Assembly (NCBI GenBank): GCA_023334545.1
Contig: JAADVB010000017.1
Coordinates: forward strand, 1-64,000
Direction of reading: 5' to 3'
DNA length: 64,000 nucleotides
From: Salisapilia sapeloensis CBS 127946
Taxonomy: Eukaryota > Protista > Oomycota
Positions 1 through 11,281 of the stretch are shown here, piece after piece; within the stretch, counting starts at the first letter, position 1; every line of letters begins with the position of its first letter. Under the pieces are notes generated by a model that was not told the DNA's origin, searched no databases, and saw only the letters and a program-made list of their open reading frames with translations. The position numbers were made by a program, and so were the translations under genes.

Positions 1-1
1 G

Positions 2-691
2 AAGGCGATTGGGATCAGCCGATAGAAAAGCTCGCGAATCGTTCGTCTTCAGCTTCAAATGGAAGATGCTTTGGACGTCGCCGACATTGGTAGGTGGTTT
101 ACTCGAGACACAGACCTCCCACTTGCACGAATCGTCGAATGCGTCTGAGGTGACGACAGCGTGCGTCAGTGTGGACGATTTGACGCCCCGGAGGACTTGA
201 TCAGTCACTTGATTGTCCTTCACATTCTTGAACATCAGATACCCGTCCTCGGAGACGGAGATGTGCCATAGCGACATCGATTGTGCTTTCTCTTGTGCCA
301 TCGCGTGGAGTCCCCCACTCTCCAGTTTGTCGGTTCTATGATATTCAACCGCTCCAAGATGGAATTTAAGCATACCCGTAGTAGAAACCTGATACAAATT
401 CCCTTTCCTTTCCTCAAACAACGCTCCGTTGTTGTCGGACAGCAAGATGTCTCGTAGTTCCCTCGGCATTGCAGACATGCTCGCTAACGCATTACGCCCT
501 TGTTGACCTCCTTCTCGAAGTAGACCTTTTCCAAGTGCTAGGAGGTTCGTATACGAATATACCGACCCGTCACCGTCTACGACTTCTTCCGCTACTGGAA
601 GATAATCACTGATGTACGTTGTCAGGTCATTAATGTATGCTGCCATGGCATCTTCATTTGAAACGGCCTCCGCTACTTTTTGATTCTTCAT
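2..691 (-). CDS. Partial gene running off the left edge; hypothetical protein with a possible beta-trefoil-like region
   Basis: Manual translation from ATG at 691 gives 230 codons with no stop to the window edge (MKNQKVAEAVSNEDAM...SLWHISVSEDGYLMFKNVK...CKWEVCV...FHLKLKTNDSRAFLSAD). It is absent from the ORF track because there is no stop in the window. An Inr-like TCATTC lies about 35 nt upstream. Confidence 0.75.
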   Translation of the reverse strand, partial: MKNQKVAEAVSNEDAMAAYINDLTTYISDYLPVAEEVVDGDGSVYSYTNLLALGKGLLREGGQQGRNALASMSAMPRELRDILLSDNNGALFEERKGNLYQVSTTGMLKFHLGAVEYHRTDKLESGGLHAMAQEKAQSMSLWHISVSEDGYLMFKNVKDNQVTDQVLRGVKSSTLTHAVVTSDAFDDSCKWEVCVSSKPPTNVGDVQSIFHLKLKTNDSRAFLSADPNRL

Positions 692-1401
692 GGTTGTTGT
701 TCTCCTCTCGTGGTAGATTCCCGAATGAGAATGTATTGAAAGAATGATAAAAACGAACGTTCTTTGAACAATTTATGGAAGGCTTTTCTAGGACAGGAGC
801 CTCCATTTGATTCGTTATCCTAGCCTCTACTCCGGGTTACCGTTGGATAGCCGACGTTCATATCTTCTTTTCCATAAAAGATCGCTACCTCGCTTGACAT
901 CATCTTTGTTTATCCATCATCATGTCCTCATCTACATGGTAGCGCTTAGCTAAACTTTGGCACGGGATCTTCATAAGCTTAACACTAGTTAAAGTACCAC
1001 TCATATCACCTCGTCATGAGCAAATCTTTAGATGTCCTACGAAAGATCCGTGAGACTATGTCAAATCTATGGAAACTTTTGCTACAGATAAGAAATAGTA
1101 CGAAAGCAATCAAAGCGGTAAACTCTCTACTAGAATGATATCTCTGTTGCTAGTATGGACAACGATATCTCTATCCAAACGCATAAGCTTTCTACGTTCG
1201 TACTACATCCTCTCAAGATACAATGAATGATTACGATGCGTCATCATCGGCTGAACTTAACTTCAATATCCTATTCGGCCGTGTTCCATTGGTTTATTAC
1301 AGCCAATCACGAATAGACAGCTTGACACCTTTCAACGCACCTAACGCACGCATTTACGACTGCGTCCGGTACATCACGGACGCTGTTCGAGTAGTAGGAC
1401 A

Positions 1402-2402
1402 ATGGACACACGTATACTCGGTGAAGCAGACGACTCACTCTCAGATGCTTCTATCGGCAAAATCATTAGCACAGGCATTGTCTTAGGCATCGTCCACGTG
1501 CTCACTGGACCCGGTAAGGCTGATTCTAGACTCTTTCGTTATTAAAGCTGACGATAATCTTACTAGATCACTTGTCTGCTTTGGCGGCAATGACTGCATC
1601 GACTTCCTGGCGTGCCTTTTGGCTCGGATGTCAATGGGGCATTGGCCATTCCGTTGGCTTGATCATCATGGCTGTCATCTTCTTTGCTGCCGGCCAAGCG
1701 ATCGATATTGATGAAGTCGGCAAATACTTTAACTACATTATTGGTGTCTTTATGATCGCGCTGGGTATATGGTCTGGCGTGCATGCTAGAAAGAAATACG
1801 TCGATACGTGTAAAGACGTACAGAACTGTGAGAATTTATCCGGGTCGAGGCGACTGCAGTCGCTACGTCGGACAGAGCCGCCAGCTACATCCCAATCGCC
1901 TATTCTGTCTCCAGTAGTAGATGAGCCTAGCTCCACGTTACCACAAGAAGAGCATCGATCTCCAATGCCATCTTCCAATCACATCGATCAGGACGTAATC
2001 GACCTGTCACAGAAGAGCGAATCGCTCGAAGCTGCATCGTGGCTACAGCGATGTCGTGCGAAATGCACATACACGAACCCGGTTGTCCAGCGTCTCATGG
2101 CGTTGGCAGTCGGTATCGTCCACGGATTCGCCGGCCCAGGCGGTATCCTCGGCGTCCTACCAGCCGTCGTGCTGGATGACTGGGGACGATCTTTAGCGTA
2201 CTTGGGCTCGTTCTGTATCTCCTCTATCTTCATCATGGGTGTCTTTGCTGCTATCTATGGCGAAGTGACAGGACGTCTTGGCCGTCAGTCACCTCGTTGG
2301 GAACTCCATCTTGGCATTGTCTCTGGCTGCTTTTCGATTCTAGTTGGTGTCGCGTGGATCATATTGCAAGCAACTGGTACAATGGACCAAGTTTTTCATT
2401 AG
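1402..2402 (+). CDS. UreH/NiCoT-like nickel/cobalt permease, copy 1 (2 exons; intron 1514-1566)
   Basis: Splicing GTAAG..TAG (53 nt) restores HVLTGPDHLSAL. The protein also has WGIGH and GIVHGFAGPGG motifs and multiple hydrophobic segments, as in UreH-like/NiCoT permeases. Confidence 0.85.
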
Positions 2403-2444
2403 AACAAACGGAATAGAAATGTTTGAAAGGTTTTGTCTTCGTGT

Positions 2445-3269
2445 TTATCCAAAGACAGCATCAAGTGTACCAGTAGACACGAGGATAACCCACATAATGC
2501 CAACGACTAACGAGACACAAGAGGAAAAGATACCAACACGATAGAGTAAGGTGTCGGATAGACGACTCATGCGACCAGTGACTTCGCCGTAGAGAGCGGC
2601 AAAGGCACCCATGATGAGGATAGAAGCACCACAGAAGGAGCTCAAGTAGGCGGAGGATCGAGCCCAGTCATTCAGGATGACAGCGGGCAACATACCAAGG
2701 ATACCTCCGGTGCCGGCTAAGCCATGCATCGTACCGTAGGCGAATGCTGTGAGACGCTGCGTCTGTGGATTCTTGATATTCGCCGTGGGCGTGGGGAAGA
2801 GTCCAAAGCAGCAGCCTCGATGATTTGTTAGTTCGTTGTTGCTTTCGGCATCAAGGTCACGTAGTGGAGTCACTTCAGTTACTTCCTTTGGTTGAGACTC
2901 GACTGATTGCTCTAACTCGATCTGCTGTTGCTGGTGACGTAAGACGATGTAGTGGCGTAGACTCCATAAGCCAAGGAAGATCATGAGGAACCCGACAAAG
3001 AAATCACAGTAGCTACCAAATGTATCGATATCTAGATGCTGGTCAAGCGCGAGGAAAATGGCGGTGACGAGGATGAGTCCTGCCGAGTGGCCACATCCCC
3101 ATCGCATACCGAGTTGGCAGGAACGCCAGGAGGATCCGGCACTGAGGACGATGAGCGCACTCAGATGATCGGGGCCAGTGAGGACGTGGACGACCCCTAG
3201 TAAAAGACCCGTGCCAACGATCGTTGGGATCGAAGCATGCTCGAGAGACTTGACGGCAGCCTCGCTCAT
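2445..3269 (-). CDS. UreH/NiCoT-like nickel/cobalt permease, copy 2 (intronless)
   Basis: 274-aa ORF with HVLTGPDHLSAL, WGCGH and HGLAGTGG motifs; paralog of the flanking genes. Confidence 0.88.
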   Translation of the reverse strand: MSEAAVKSLEHASIPTIVGTGLLLGVVHVLTGPDHLSALIVLSAGSSWRSCQLGMRWGCGHSAGLILVTAIFLALDQHLDIDTFGSYCDFFVGFLMIFLGLWSLRHYIVLRHQQQQIELEQSVESQPKEVTEVTPLRDLDAESNNELTNHRGCCFGLFPTPTANIKNPQTQRLTAFAYGTMHGLAGTGGILGMLPAVILNDWARSSAYLSSFCGASILIMGAFAALYGEVTGRMSRLSDTLLYRVGIFSSCVSLVVGIMWVILVSTGTLDAVFG

Positions 3270-3495
3270 TTCTGTTTAACACGTTTGTGACAGGTTCATG
3301 ATATATTTGAAGTTAAGTGAGATTCGTTCTTGAAGTTACAAATCATGAAAAGATGTTTGGATCAAAAATGCATTTTTGTAGATTGCTCATGGTAACCTCG
3401 GTATGGTACTTCGATATGACCATGACAGTTTGATGCACGATAGAAGCGAAATGGAAAAGAATTGAGGGCATAAATCCAAAGGATAGTCTAGTGAC

Positions 3496-4398
3496 TTAGC
3501 CAAAGACCTGGTCCAGTGTGCCAGTGGACACCAGGATGACCCACATGAGACCGACGACAAAGGATACGCCCGCGGAGAAGAAGCCGATGCCGTACAATAA
3601 CTTGTCCGAAATCCTGGTAATGCGTCCGGTGATCTCGCCGTATGCTGCCGAAAAGACGCCCATGATGAAGATCGAAGCCACACAGAAGGAGAGGATGTAA
3701 GCAGAGGAACGACCCCAATCGTTAAGGACAACAGCCGGAAGGACACCGAGGACACCACCGGTGCCGGCGAGACCGTGTGCGACGCCATATGCAAAAGCTG
3801 TTAGACGTTGAGTTGTGCCGTCCTGAATATCCGAGGATGGAGCGTTGCACAAACCGAAGAAGCACTTGCGTGTCGCGAGTGTTTCATCAAACGAGTGTTT
3901 TTGGAAGACGGGCAAGTCCGAGCCACGACCTTTTACGTCAGCTGCTGCCTCACCTGTAAAAGCGGTTGTGGGTGAGTGCTGACGTGTAGGTGTGTCGTCT
4001 TCATCATCACCCTGGTGGTTGTTCGTGACCGGAAGCTCGTTGTTCAGTGCGTTTTCCTTGGCCTCCTTGCGCATCTTCCAGTAGTGACGGAAACTCCACA
4101 GACCCAAGATCATCATGAGAATACCTACGAGGAAGTCACAGTAGGTACCAAACGTATCGAGGTCCAAGTGTTGATCGATGGCGAGGAATATCGCCGTGAC
4201 GATCAAAAGACCTGTCGAGTGACCAAGTCCCCATCTCATACCGAGCTGGCAAGACCGCCATGACGATCCAGCACTAAGCACGATCAAAGCGCTAAGGTGG
4301 TCAGGTCCAGTGATAACGTGGACAACGCCGAGGAGGAGTCCGGTGCTAATGACCGTCGAGATCGGGGCATTGATTAATGATTCGTCCAATTCACCCAT
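3496..4398 (-). CDS. UreH/NiCoT-like nickel/cobalt permease, copy 3 (intronless)
   Basis: 300-aa ORF with HVITGPDHLSAL, WGLGH and HGLAGTGG motifs; closest to copy 2. Confidence 0.88.
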   Translation of the reverse strand: MGELDESLINAPISTVISTGLLLGVVHVITGPDHLSALIVLSAGSSWRSCQLGMRWGLGHSTGLLIVTAIFLAIDQHLDLDTFGTYCDFLVGILMMILGLWSFRHYWKMRKEAKENALNNELPVTNNHQGDDEDDTPTRQHSPTTAFTGEAAADVKGRGSDLPVFQKHSFDETLATRKCFFGLCNAPSSDIQDGTTQRLTAFAYGVAHGLAGTGGVLGVLPAVVLNDWGRSSAYILSFCVASIFIMGVFSAAYGEITGRITRISDKLLYGIGFFSAGVSFVVGLMWVILVSTGTLDQVFG

Positions 4399-5646
4399 GT
4401 TTCTCGTTTGTCGTGTCTGTCGATCGAATGGAGAGACTTAGTGCCTTGAGTGATAGAGCGCTAACTGCGGAATGAGCTTTGGCAGTCATGGACATTTAAA
4501 GTTCCGTCTTACAACACGACGGTAGAGCTCGTCCTTTATTGCAATCCATCGAGCATCTTTATAACGGCTATTGTTCGATCGAGTCGAATGTGGTAAGCAA
4601 CAAGATCATGGTAGTCACTGACGTGCCCATAGCGAGCATACGTCAAGCTGTATGAGACTTTGCGCGGGGCGCCTATGGAAGAAAAAGGCTGGAAAGAAAG
4701 AATGCCATCGGTACTGAACACCTTATATACTACTTACCAAGTTCGCCTTTCGCTCCCTGTGTGTTGTCATTCCACATCTGTTCTGCATTCAGAACTTTTG
4801 CGATGCGAGTCTACTGTCTGATATCCATGGTCGTTTTGAATACAATGCGGGGCATGTATGAACCAAGTTATTAGTAGCTGTATGCTACCAGTTCATCGAA
4901 GCTTTTGGGCTGGAGATCGCTCCCAGTGCTGTCAAGCAAAATGATTTCCTTGGACAACCATGCTCCTACTAGAACAGAGGAAAACTAATGACCACAAACT
5001 AGATTTTCAATGACAGCAGCATAGCTTCATCTTTCTTTATTCGAAACGATGATAGAGAGAAACACATACATTTCGAAGCTTTATTACTGTTTCGAAGAAT
5101 GACTTGTGGCGCTGATGCGTTTGACATGCTACTGGAAAAGCTAAAGTAGCATAACGCGATGATAGGCCCCGAGAAAGGAACATTTGCAACAGTGCTTTCT
5201 CCATCCAGCGATGAATAGCAATGGTAACTCTGTCGTTTCGGGCATTAGGAACATACACCTCATATAGTTGCTTTTCTTGTCAAGACTAGTGGAACGTCAG
5301 GTAAAGACACGCCTCAATATAGAATAAGAACTTGTTCGTATTGATTTTCGTCAGAGGGGAATAAATCAAATAGCGTGGAAAGTCACGAATGAGTCGTATG
5401 AATATCGTCATCAGTACACGACGTCACAAACGTACCATATTCTGCCTTTCTAAATTCAATAAACGATAGACGAGATTCAAGTACAAGTTGCTGATACTTT
5501 AGCTCTTCGTCAGAAGTATCCTCCACCCCAACATGGCTACAAATAAATCGCTTCGTAGATGGTATCATTACAACCAATCACCACTCATATTTTTTTATTT
5601 CTACCAATCATGATAGTTTTCAACGAATCAAAACACATTTTGAACG

Positions 5647-8488
5647 ATGTGGTTTACGTCGACGTATGAGCGGGATGGAGCTGCGAGTACTACTCGCACG
5701 GATCCATTGCAACGAGATGAGCTTTATAACTTGACTGTTCCAGCAAAGGCACGTATATGGCAACCAAATACTGACGACGAAATCGTGCACAAACTTGTGC
5801 TGCCGGATAGTAGTGACGGTGCCAGCGGTGCAGCATTGACATGGGCCATCTCGACAAACATGACGGTATTTCGTCAATTGCAAATTGTCAATGGGTCTTA
5901 TGTGACCATCATATCCAACGGTCGGACCCACGTGGCGAAACTAGTGCTCAATCATGCATCTGCCACGGCGGAATCGCAAGAATCGGTCGAAGAGCCGCTC
6001 ATCCTCTCTCCTTTGCTCGCCTTTAATCTCGGCATCCAAATGTACCACGATCAGTCAAAAGTTTCGACTATCACCGTAAGACTCTCTGCTTTATAAGTTT
6101 TTGTCTAGTCTAATAGCATTGCATCAGGTGCATCTTCGAGGAGCTAGTTCCCCCGAGTTAGGTCTGCCTCGTGTCAGCTTTTCATCTCACTCGCGTCTAC
6201 GTCGTCAGAAAGAGCAAAAGCCAGCGACAGCTACACATGCTGTAATCTCGCCTCTCTTAGCCTCTAGTCTTTCCTGTCGTCATCATGCACAGATGGAAGA
6301 CGCCAAAGGTCTTGTCCAAAGCATTCGTTCGTTCTTTTCTACTCCTCAAGTTTTACAACTTGGAGATGTCTTTGCTATTCCGTTATCCGAGATGTTTCCA
6401 AAGGATGTCTCGGATGCTATAGCTTATAGCGAGATCGAGCTACCTCCTTCTTCTTTTGTTACGAGTGAAAACGCTACTCGAACGGTGTATCTCCCACCCA
6501 CTAACTTCTCTGTCGATTCAGCATTCCTTTTCTTTCGAGTGGAAACACTAGAAGGTCCGTTATCATCTTCCATGGCGCTTAGCGTCTCGGACTCGACGGA
6601 ACTCATTCAAGGCAATTCGGTGTCTCATGCTTCTCCAGACGAAGAGATCGTCCAGCATTTCTTTCAAACGTTACAAAAGTCATCGTCTACCTATCCTTCT
6701 TCCCTCCTTCCTAGTCGGTACGCCAAGTTCCACATTTCGAATGCTTTTCAGAAGCTGTATGAGCTCCTAGCTCCTTCTCGTTCGTCGAATCTATCTACCT
6801 CCGTCTTGCTTAGTGGTCCGCATGGCGTCGGGAAAGCCACACTCATTCACCATGCAGCACGTCGCCTTGGTATGGTCGTCCTCGAGGTCCCTTTCACCGA
6901 CTTGACCGGTCAATCGGAGCTGCATGTCGTCGAGAATCTAAGAGAGCAAGTCGCTCGAGCACAGGCGATGGCGCCTTGTGTTCTCTACTTGCGTCGTTTC
7001 TTTTCTGTCGATAGTGAGAATGAAGAAGGAGAGCTACGCCTCGGAGCTGCTTTATCCGAGTGTCTTCATTCCCTTCAGACAGATACTGGCAACATTCCTC
7101 TACTCGCATGCGTGGAGGATGTAGCTGACGTACCTAAATTCATCCGTCAGAGCTTCTTGTATGAGCTTGAGGTTGATACACCAGACCAGGACGAACGATA
7201 TAAGTTCCTAAAGCAACTAGAAGATCAAGTCTCTTTCGCGAAAGATGTCGATTTAAAGGAAATCGCACAAGTAACTGCCGGTCGGACGTTTGGAGAGCTC
7301 AATGCACTCGTGAGCGAAGCCGGATCACTCGTGCTCGACAAGATAGATCTAGTAGATGATATCGTAGACACATTCGTAGATAACTGGTACGAGCCAGGAT
7401 ATTCTTCTTGTTGCATTTCTCATGAACTTTTGCTCCAAGCAGCAAAAGAGCAGCAGACGCGATTGTCTTCCAAGCAAACAGGTAGCACGGCATCCATTCC
7501 GAATGTCAAGTGGGAGGATGTCGGTGGATTGGATGATGTCAAGGATGAGGTGCTCGATGTCGTCCAGCTGCCGCTACAGCATCCAGAGCTCTTTGCTAGT
7601 GGAGTGAGACAGCGATCTGGTATCCTGCTATATGGTCCACCTGGAACGGGCAAGACGTTGCTTGCGAAAGCGATCGCGACCGAGTGTCAACTCAACTTCC
7701 TTTCGGTCAAAGGTCCGGAGCTACTGAATATGTACATTGGCGAGAGTGAAAAGAACGTCCGGCAAGTGTTTGCTCAAGCACGACGATGCAAGCCTTGCGT
7801 TTTGTTCTTTGACGAGTTAGATTCCCTCGCACCCATGCGTGGACGTGGATCCGACTCGGGTGGTGTCATGGATCGTGTCGTCTCGCAGTTGTTGACTGAG
7901 ATCGATGGACTGAGCGGCGGCGGACAGGAAGATAATGTCTTTGTCATTGGCGCGACGAACCGTCCGGATCTACTCGAGACAGGTTTGCTCCGTCCAGGTC
8001 GCTTCGATCGATTGCTCTACTTAGGTATCAGCGGCTCGAAGGAGGCACAGCGAAAAGTATTGGAGGCACAAACGCGAAAGTTTACACTTGCACCGGACGT
8101 GGACTTGGATGATGTCGTGCGTCAGTGTGGCGAGACGTACACGGGTGCAGACTTTTATGCCTTATCGTCCGGTGCGTTATCGGCTGCCTTGAAGGACAAG
8201 GTGACGGAAATAGATACTCGCGTCGGTACGATTCCTCTACTTTTTAACATTTGCATTGATTACATTAATGGATTCATGTGTCTAGCTACTATCAATGCTG
8301 AGGACTGTTATTCATCTGTACCGACTAGTGCACGTATGCTTTTGAGGCAGATGACGCCAGATGAATTGCGAGTAGAAGTTGGATTACAACACTTTCGTGC
8401 GGCACTCGAGTCCATATCGCCATCAGTCTCTACCGCAGAGCTCGCCCATTATGAGACTTTGCGGAAACAGTACTCGTCGCGTGGATAA
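5647..8488 (+). CDS. PEX6: Peroxisomal AAA+ ATPase PEX6 (introns 6076-6127 and probably 8226-8285)
   Basis: Two AAA modules (GPHGVGKA; GPPGTGKT...FFDELD...GATNRPDLL), GDSGGVMDRVVSQLL-like segment (GSDSGGVMDRVVSQLL) and a PEX6-type C-terminus (PSVSTAELAHY). A phase-0 GTAAG..CAG intron joins the 5647 and 6101 ORFs in frame. Confidence 0.9.
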
Positions 8489-8591
8489 AAAGAACTGGAA
8501 CTGTACTTCCGATCAGCTTTTTTGCAGGAATAGGCTCCATGATAACCTCGTCGCATGATCGTAATAAGTTGAATCGTACTAGCTCTTGATC

Positions 8592-8608
8592 TCACTTTTG
8601 CATTTGCC
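8592..8608 (+). promoter_or_regulatory. Oomycete Inr+FPR core promoter element
   Basis: TCACTTTTGCATTTGCC matches the YCAYTYY...CAWTTT pattern and ends 22 nt upstream of ATG 8631. Confidence 0.6.
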
Positions 8609-8630
8609 GCTTCATTCCGACCTCGAAACG

Positions 8631-10385
8631 ATGGTTCGCTGTAAATTTGTCTACTTACCACTCCTCGTCACGGCCTTAGCGACCACGGCCTTTGCTGAAG
8701 ATCCGGCTAAATGCCACGCTGCGATGAACCCGACACCGGCCCCGAGCGTGCCATCAACCAACGACACACCTGACGCTGTGATGCCTTCGCCGGCATACGG
8801 TGGCGACAGTGGTAACTCAGACTTTACGCCGGACACACCGGGGGTACCTTCCAGTGGTTCGAATATGATTCCGGACGATGACACCAACGTGCCTGATGCG
8901 GTGACGCCTTCGCCGTCTAGCAATGACGACGTACCAGCAAGCGGATCCGGCATGATCCCGGACGATGGTGGAGATTTTACCCCTGATGTGTATGCGCCTT
9001 CGTCTTCTGGTGATGCTGAAATTCCTGGAAGTGGATCCGGCATGATCCCAGTCGACGGAGAAGCCACGCCTTTGCCTTCTGATGGCGCGGACACTCCGGC
9101 TAGTGGATCGGATATGATTCCGGACGACGGAGAAGTCACGCCTTTGCCGTCTTATGGTGGCGATAGCGCCGATTCGGATGTATCACCAGACAGTGCGGAT
9201 ATTCCTGCTAGTGGATCGGACATGGTTCCTGATGGTGCAGAAGTCACGCCTTCGCCTTCTGGTAGCGCGGAGGTTCCTGAAAGTGGCTCCGGAATAATTC
9301 CAGACGACAGTGGAGTCGCTACACTTTCACCTTCTGATGGCGCGGAAGTACCTTCCAGTGATTCCGACTTCACTCCAGCCGACGGTGAAAATGGTACTCC
9401 TTCATCTTCCGACGATTGCGATAGCCAGAGCTCGGACGCAGCACCGGACAGTCCTGAAGGTGTTGAAGGAGATTCTGCGACGGCTCCGAACGATATCACG
9501 GACCTTTCTGAAAGTGGTTCGAACATGACTCCAGAGATGACTCCGTCTCCTACTTCCAATGATATTCCTGACGCAAACGCTGATTCGTCTTGCAGCGAAG
9601 AAGCCGATGAATCTAATATTGCCTCTGAAAGTGACTCCTTTGGAAGCGAATACACGGAGCCGACAGATACGTCTGATGAAATTTCTCCCACAGACGATGA
9701 TGCATCGACGCCAGCGCCTTCTACAGCGGATGAAAACAGTGAAGAGCAAGAAACGGAAGCACCTGAACCTTCCGCGGACACTTACTCGAGTGATACATGC
9801 AACGTCTGTGTGTACAAGGAAGAGAACTATGGTGGCGAGTCCTACTGCATGGAAGGGCGTGATGCGAATGGAGCGGATATCCGTGCAGTGCAGCACGACT
9901 TCCCGGAATATGTGAGCAGCATCAAGTTTAACAAGGACAGCGAGGACTGTGACCTGTCGGTTGTCTTTAAGATTACCGTCCCTCCATTTGACGAAAAGTT
10001 CGAGGCTTTCAACAGCGATTGCGAGGCTACTGGCTATGACATGAACATCGTCCAGAAGATGTACGTCGAGAAGGCTGGCACGGTCTGTCTTTCTGCCGCA
10101 AATGAAGTTGGCAAGATGGGCATGTGCTTCACCGAGAGTGCTCCATCCTTCGAGAAGGCGTACCAAGATGCGTTTTTCGAAGTGATCATGTTTGAAGGCG
10201 AATCGGATGACATGAGTGTTACGCTGTACACGGAAGAGGATTACGAGGGTGAGTCGCGGACGTTCACGCAAACTGCTGGCGAGAACAGCATGTCCATGAG
10301 CTCTGAGTACGATGCGAAGTTGACAACAATGTCAATCAAGAGCAAATCACTGAAGATTTCAAATGGATCGGGAGACTCTTACTAG
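8631..10385 (+). CDS. Secreted mucin-like Ser/Pro/Asp-rich protein with a C-terminal beta/gamma-crystallin-like region
   Basis: Signal peptide MVRCKFVYLPLLVTALATTAFA, then S/P/D/G repeats, then VCVYKEENYGGES..YVSSIKF and VTLYTEEDYEGES motifs. Confidence 0.8.
   Translation: MVRCKFVYLPLLVTALATTAFAEDPAKCHAAMNPTPAPSVPSTNDTPDAVMPSPAYGGDSGNSDFTPDTPGVPSSGSNMIPDDDTNVPDAVTPSPSSNDDVPASGSGMIPDDGGDFTPDVYAPSSSGDAEIPGSGSGMIPVDGEATPLPSDGADTPASGSDMIPDDGEVTPLPSYGGDSADSDVSPDSADIPASGSDMVPDGAEVTPSPSGSAEVPESGSGIIPDDSGVATLSPSDGAEVPSSDSDFTPADGENGTPSSSDDCDSQSSDAAPDSPEGVEGDSATAPNDITDLSESGSNMTPEMTPSPTSNDIPDANADSSCSEEADESNIASESDSFGSEYTEPTDTSDEISPTDDDASTPAPSTADENSEEQETEAPEPSADTYSSDTCNVCVYKEENYGGESYCMEGRDANGADIRAVQHDFPEYVSSIKFNKDSEDCDLSVVFKITVPPFDEKFEAFNSDCEATGYDMNIVQKMYVEKAGTVCLSAANEVGKMGMCFTESAPSFEKAYQDAFFEVIMFEGESDDMSVTLYTEEDYEGESRTFTQTAGENSMSMSSEYDAKLTTMSIKSKSLKISNGSGDSY
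8845..9410 (+). repeat. Imperfect coding tandem repeat, unit about 72 nt (24 aa, e.g. SGSGMIPVDGEATPLPSDGADTPA)
   Basis: GTGGATCNGNNATGATYCC-like starts recur about 7 times, with variable spacers. Confidence 0.8.
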
Positions 10386-11281
10386 AGTCTAGTTTTAGAG
10401 AAGAGGATGAGATGGCGTTAATTTCTTTTTGCAACATTGTACCCTTACTCCATAAATGCTTGGTCGTTTGTTCACATGAGGTGGATCGGTATTCTGTCAG
10501 TAGGCAGCTAGTGGGTTAATGAACCATCATGCAATTACATGCAGTCCCAAAAGGGCAAATAATAGATCAAGATAGATATGAGATTAGTTATGGAATCGTG
10601 ATGGCATCTATTAACAACATATTATTTCTTACGCATGGGCAAACACGTTGCGGAGAACTACTGGAAAATGACAATATCGCGACGATCGATAGCTACTGCA
10701 TCATAGAACGAGGATATGCTAGAGTACTTGGCCTGTAGAATTGATGGAAACCTGGGTAGATATGTGGAAACTTGGAAAACCAAAGGTAAAAATGAATGGA
10801 AGGTAGCTTATCTATATCAAACCAATCCTGGTGATTAGTAAGATATGACGCTTGCCACGTGCAAGGCTTGTGACCCATTCGATGCGTCGAAGATGGATCA
10901 GCCCAATACGATCAGATGCTGTAAGCCAGGGCTTTATGTTTGGATGCACGATCTTAACAAGAGAGGTGCAGCGATTCTGACGCTAGCGGTTACGCCAGTG
11001 ACGACTCCCTCATGTATCTGAACTCCTCAGAAGTCTCAACGACGGACTAAGGGCGAGATAGATACGGACTTTGTAGCAATTTATCAACACGCAAGAGAGC
11101 AGTTGCTAGGAAAGACGTATGTGCTGTACGGATAGAACTCTGCTTTTTTCTGGACATAGATGTTATAGTTCCGACTCCACCATACGCGTACTTGTACTAG
11201 AACGAGATAGAAATAGCCAAGTTTACATGGTATGATAAGAATCAGTTCTTTCTATTACGCAAATGCGGATGCTTTGTGGAG

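Noticed and set aside
5118-5141. Short similarity to about 19455-19478 (both translate as FPVACQT on the - strand)
   Set aside because: The match is only about 24 nt and does not extend, so it is probably chance.
4790-5345. Protein-like frame containing EALLLFRRM (PPR-like)
   Set aside because: About 8 stops in about 185 codons is near random expectation, and there is no repeat periodicity.
8651-10271. Long antisense ORFs over the mucin gene (and similar shadows over other genes)
   Set aside because: These are shadow frames caused by codon bias and repeats of the sense genes.
10386-11281. Short ORFs in the gap between the mucin and SR genes
   Set aside because: No recognisable motifs, splice-consistent extension or terminal repeats.
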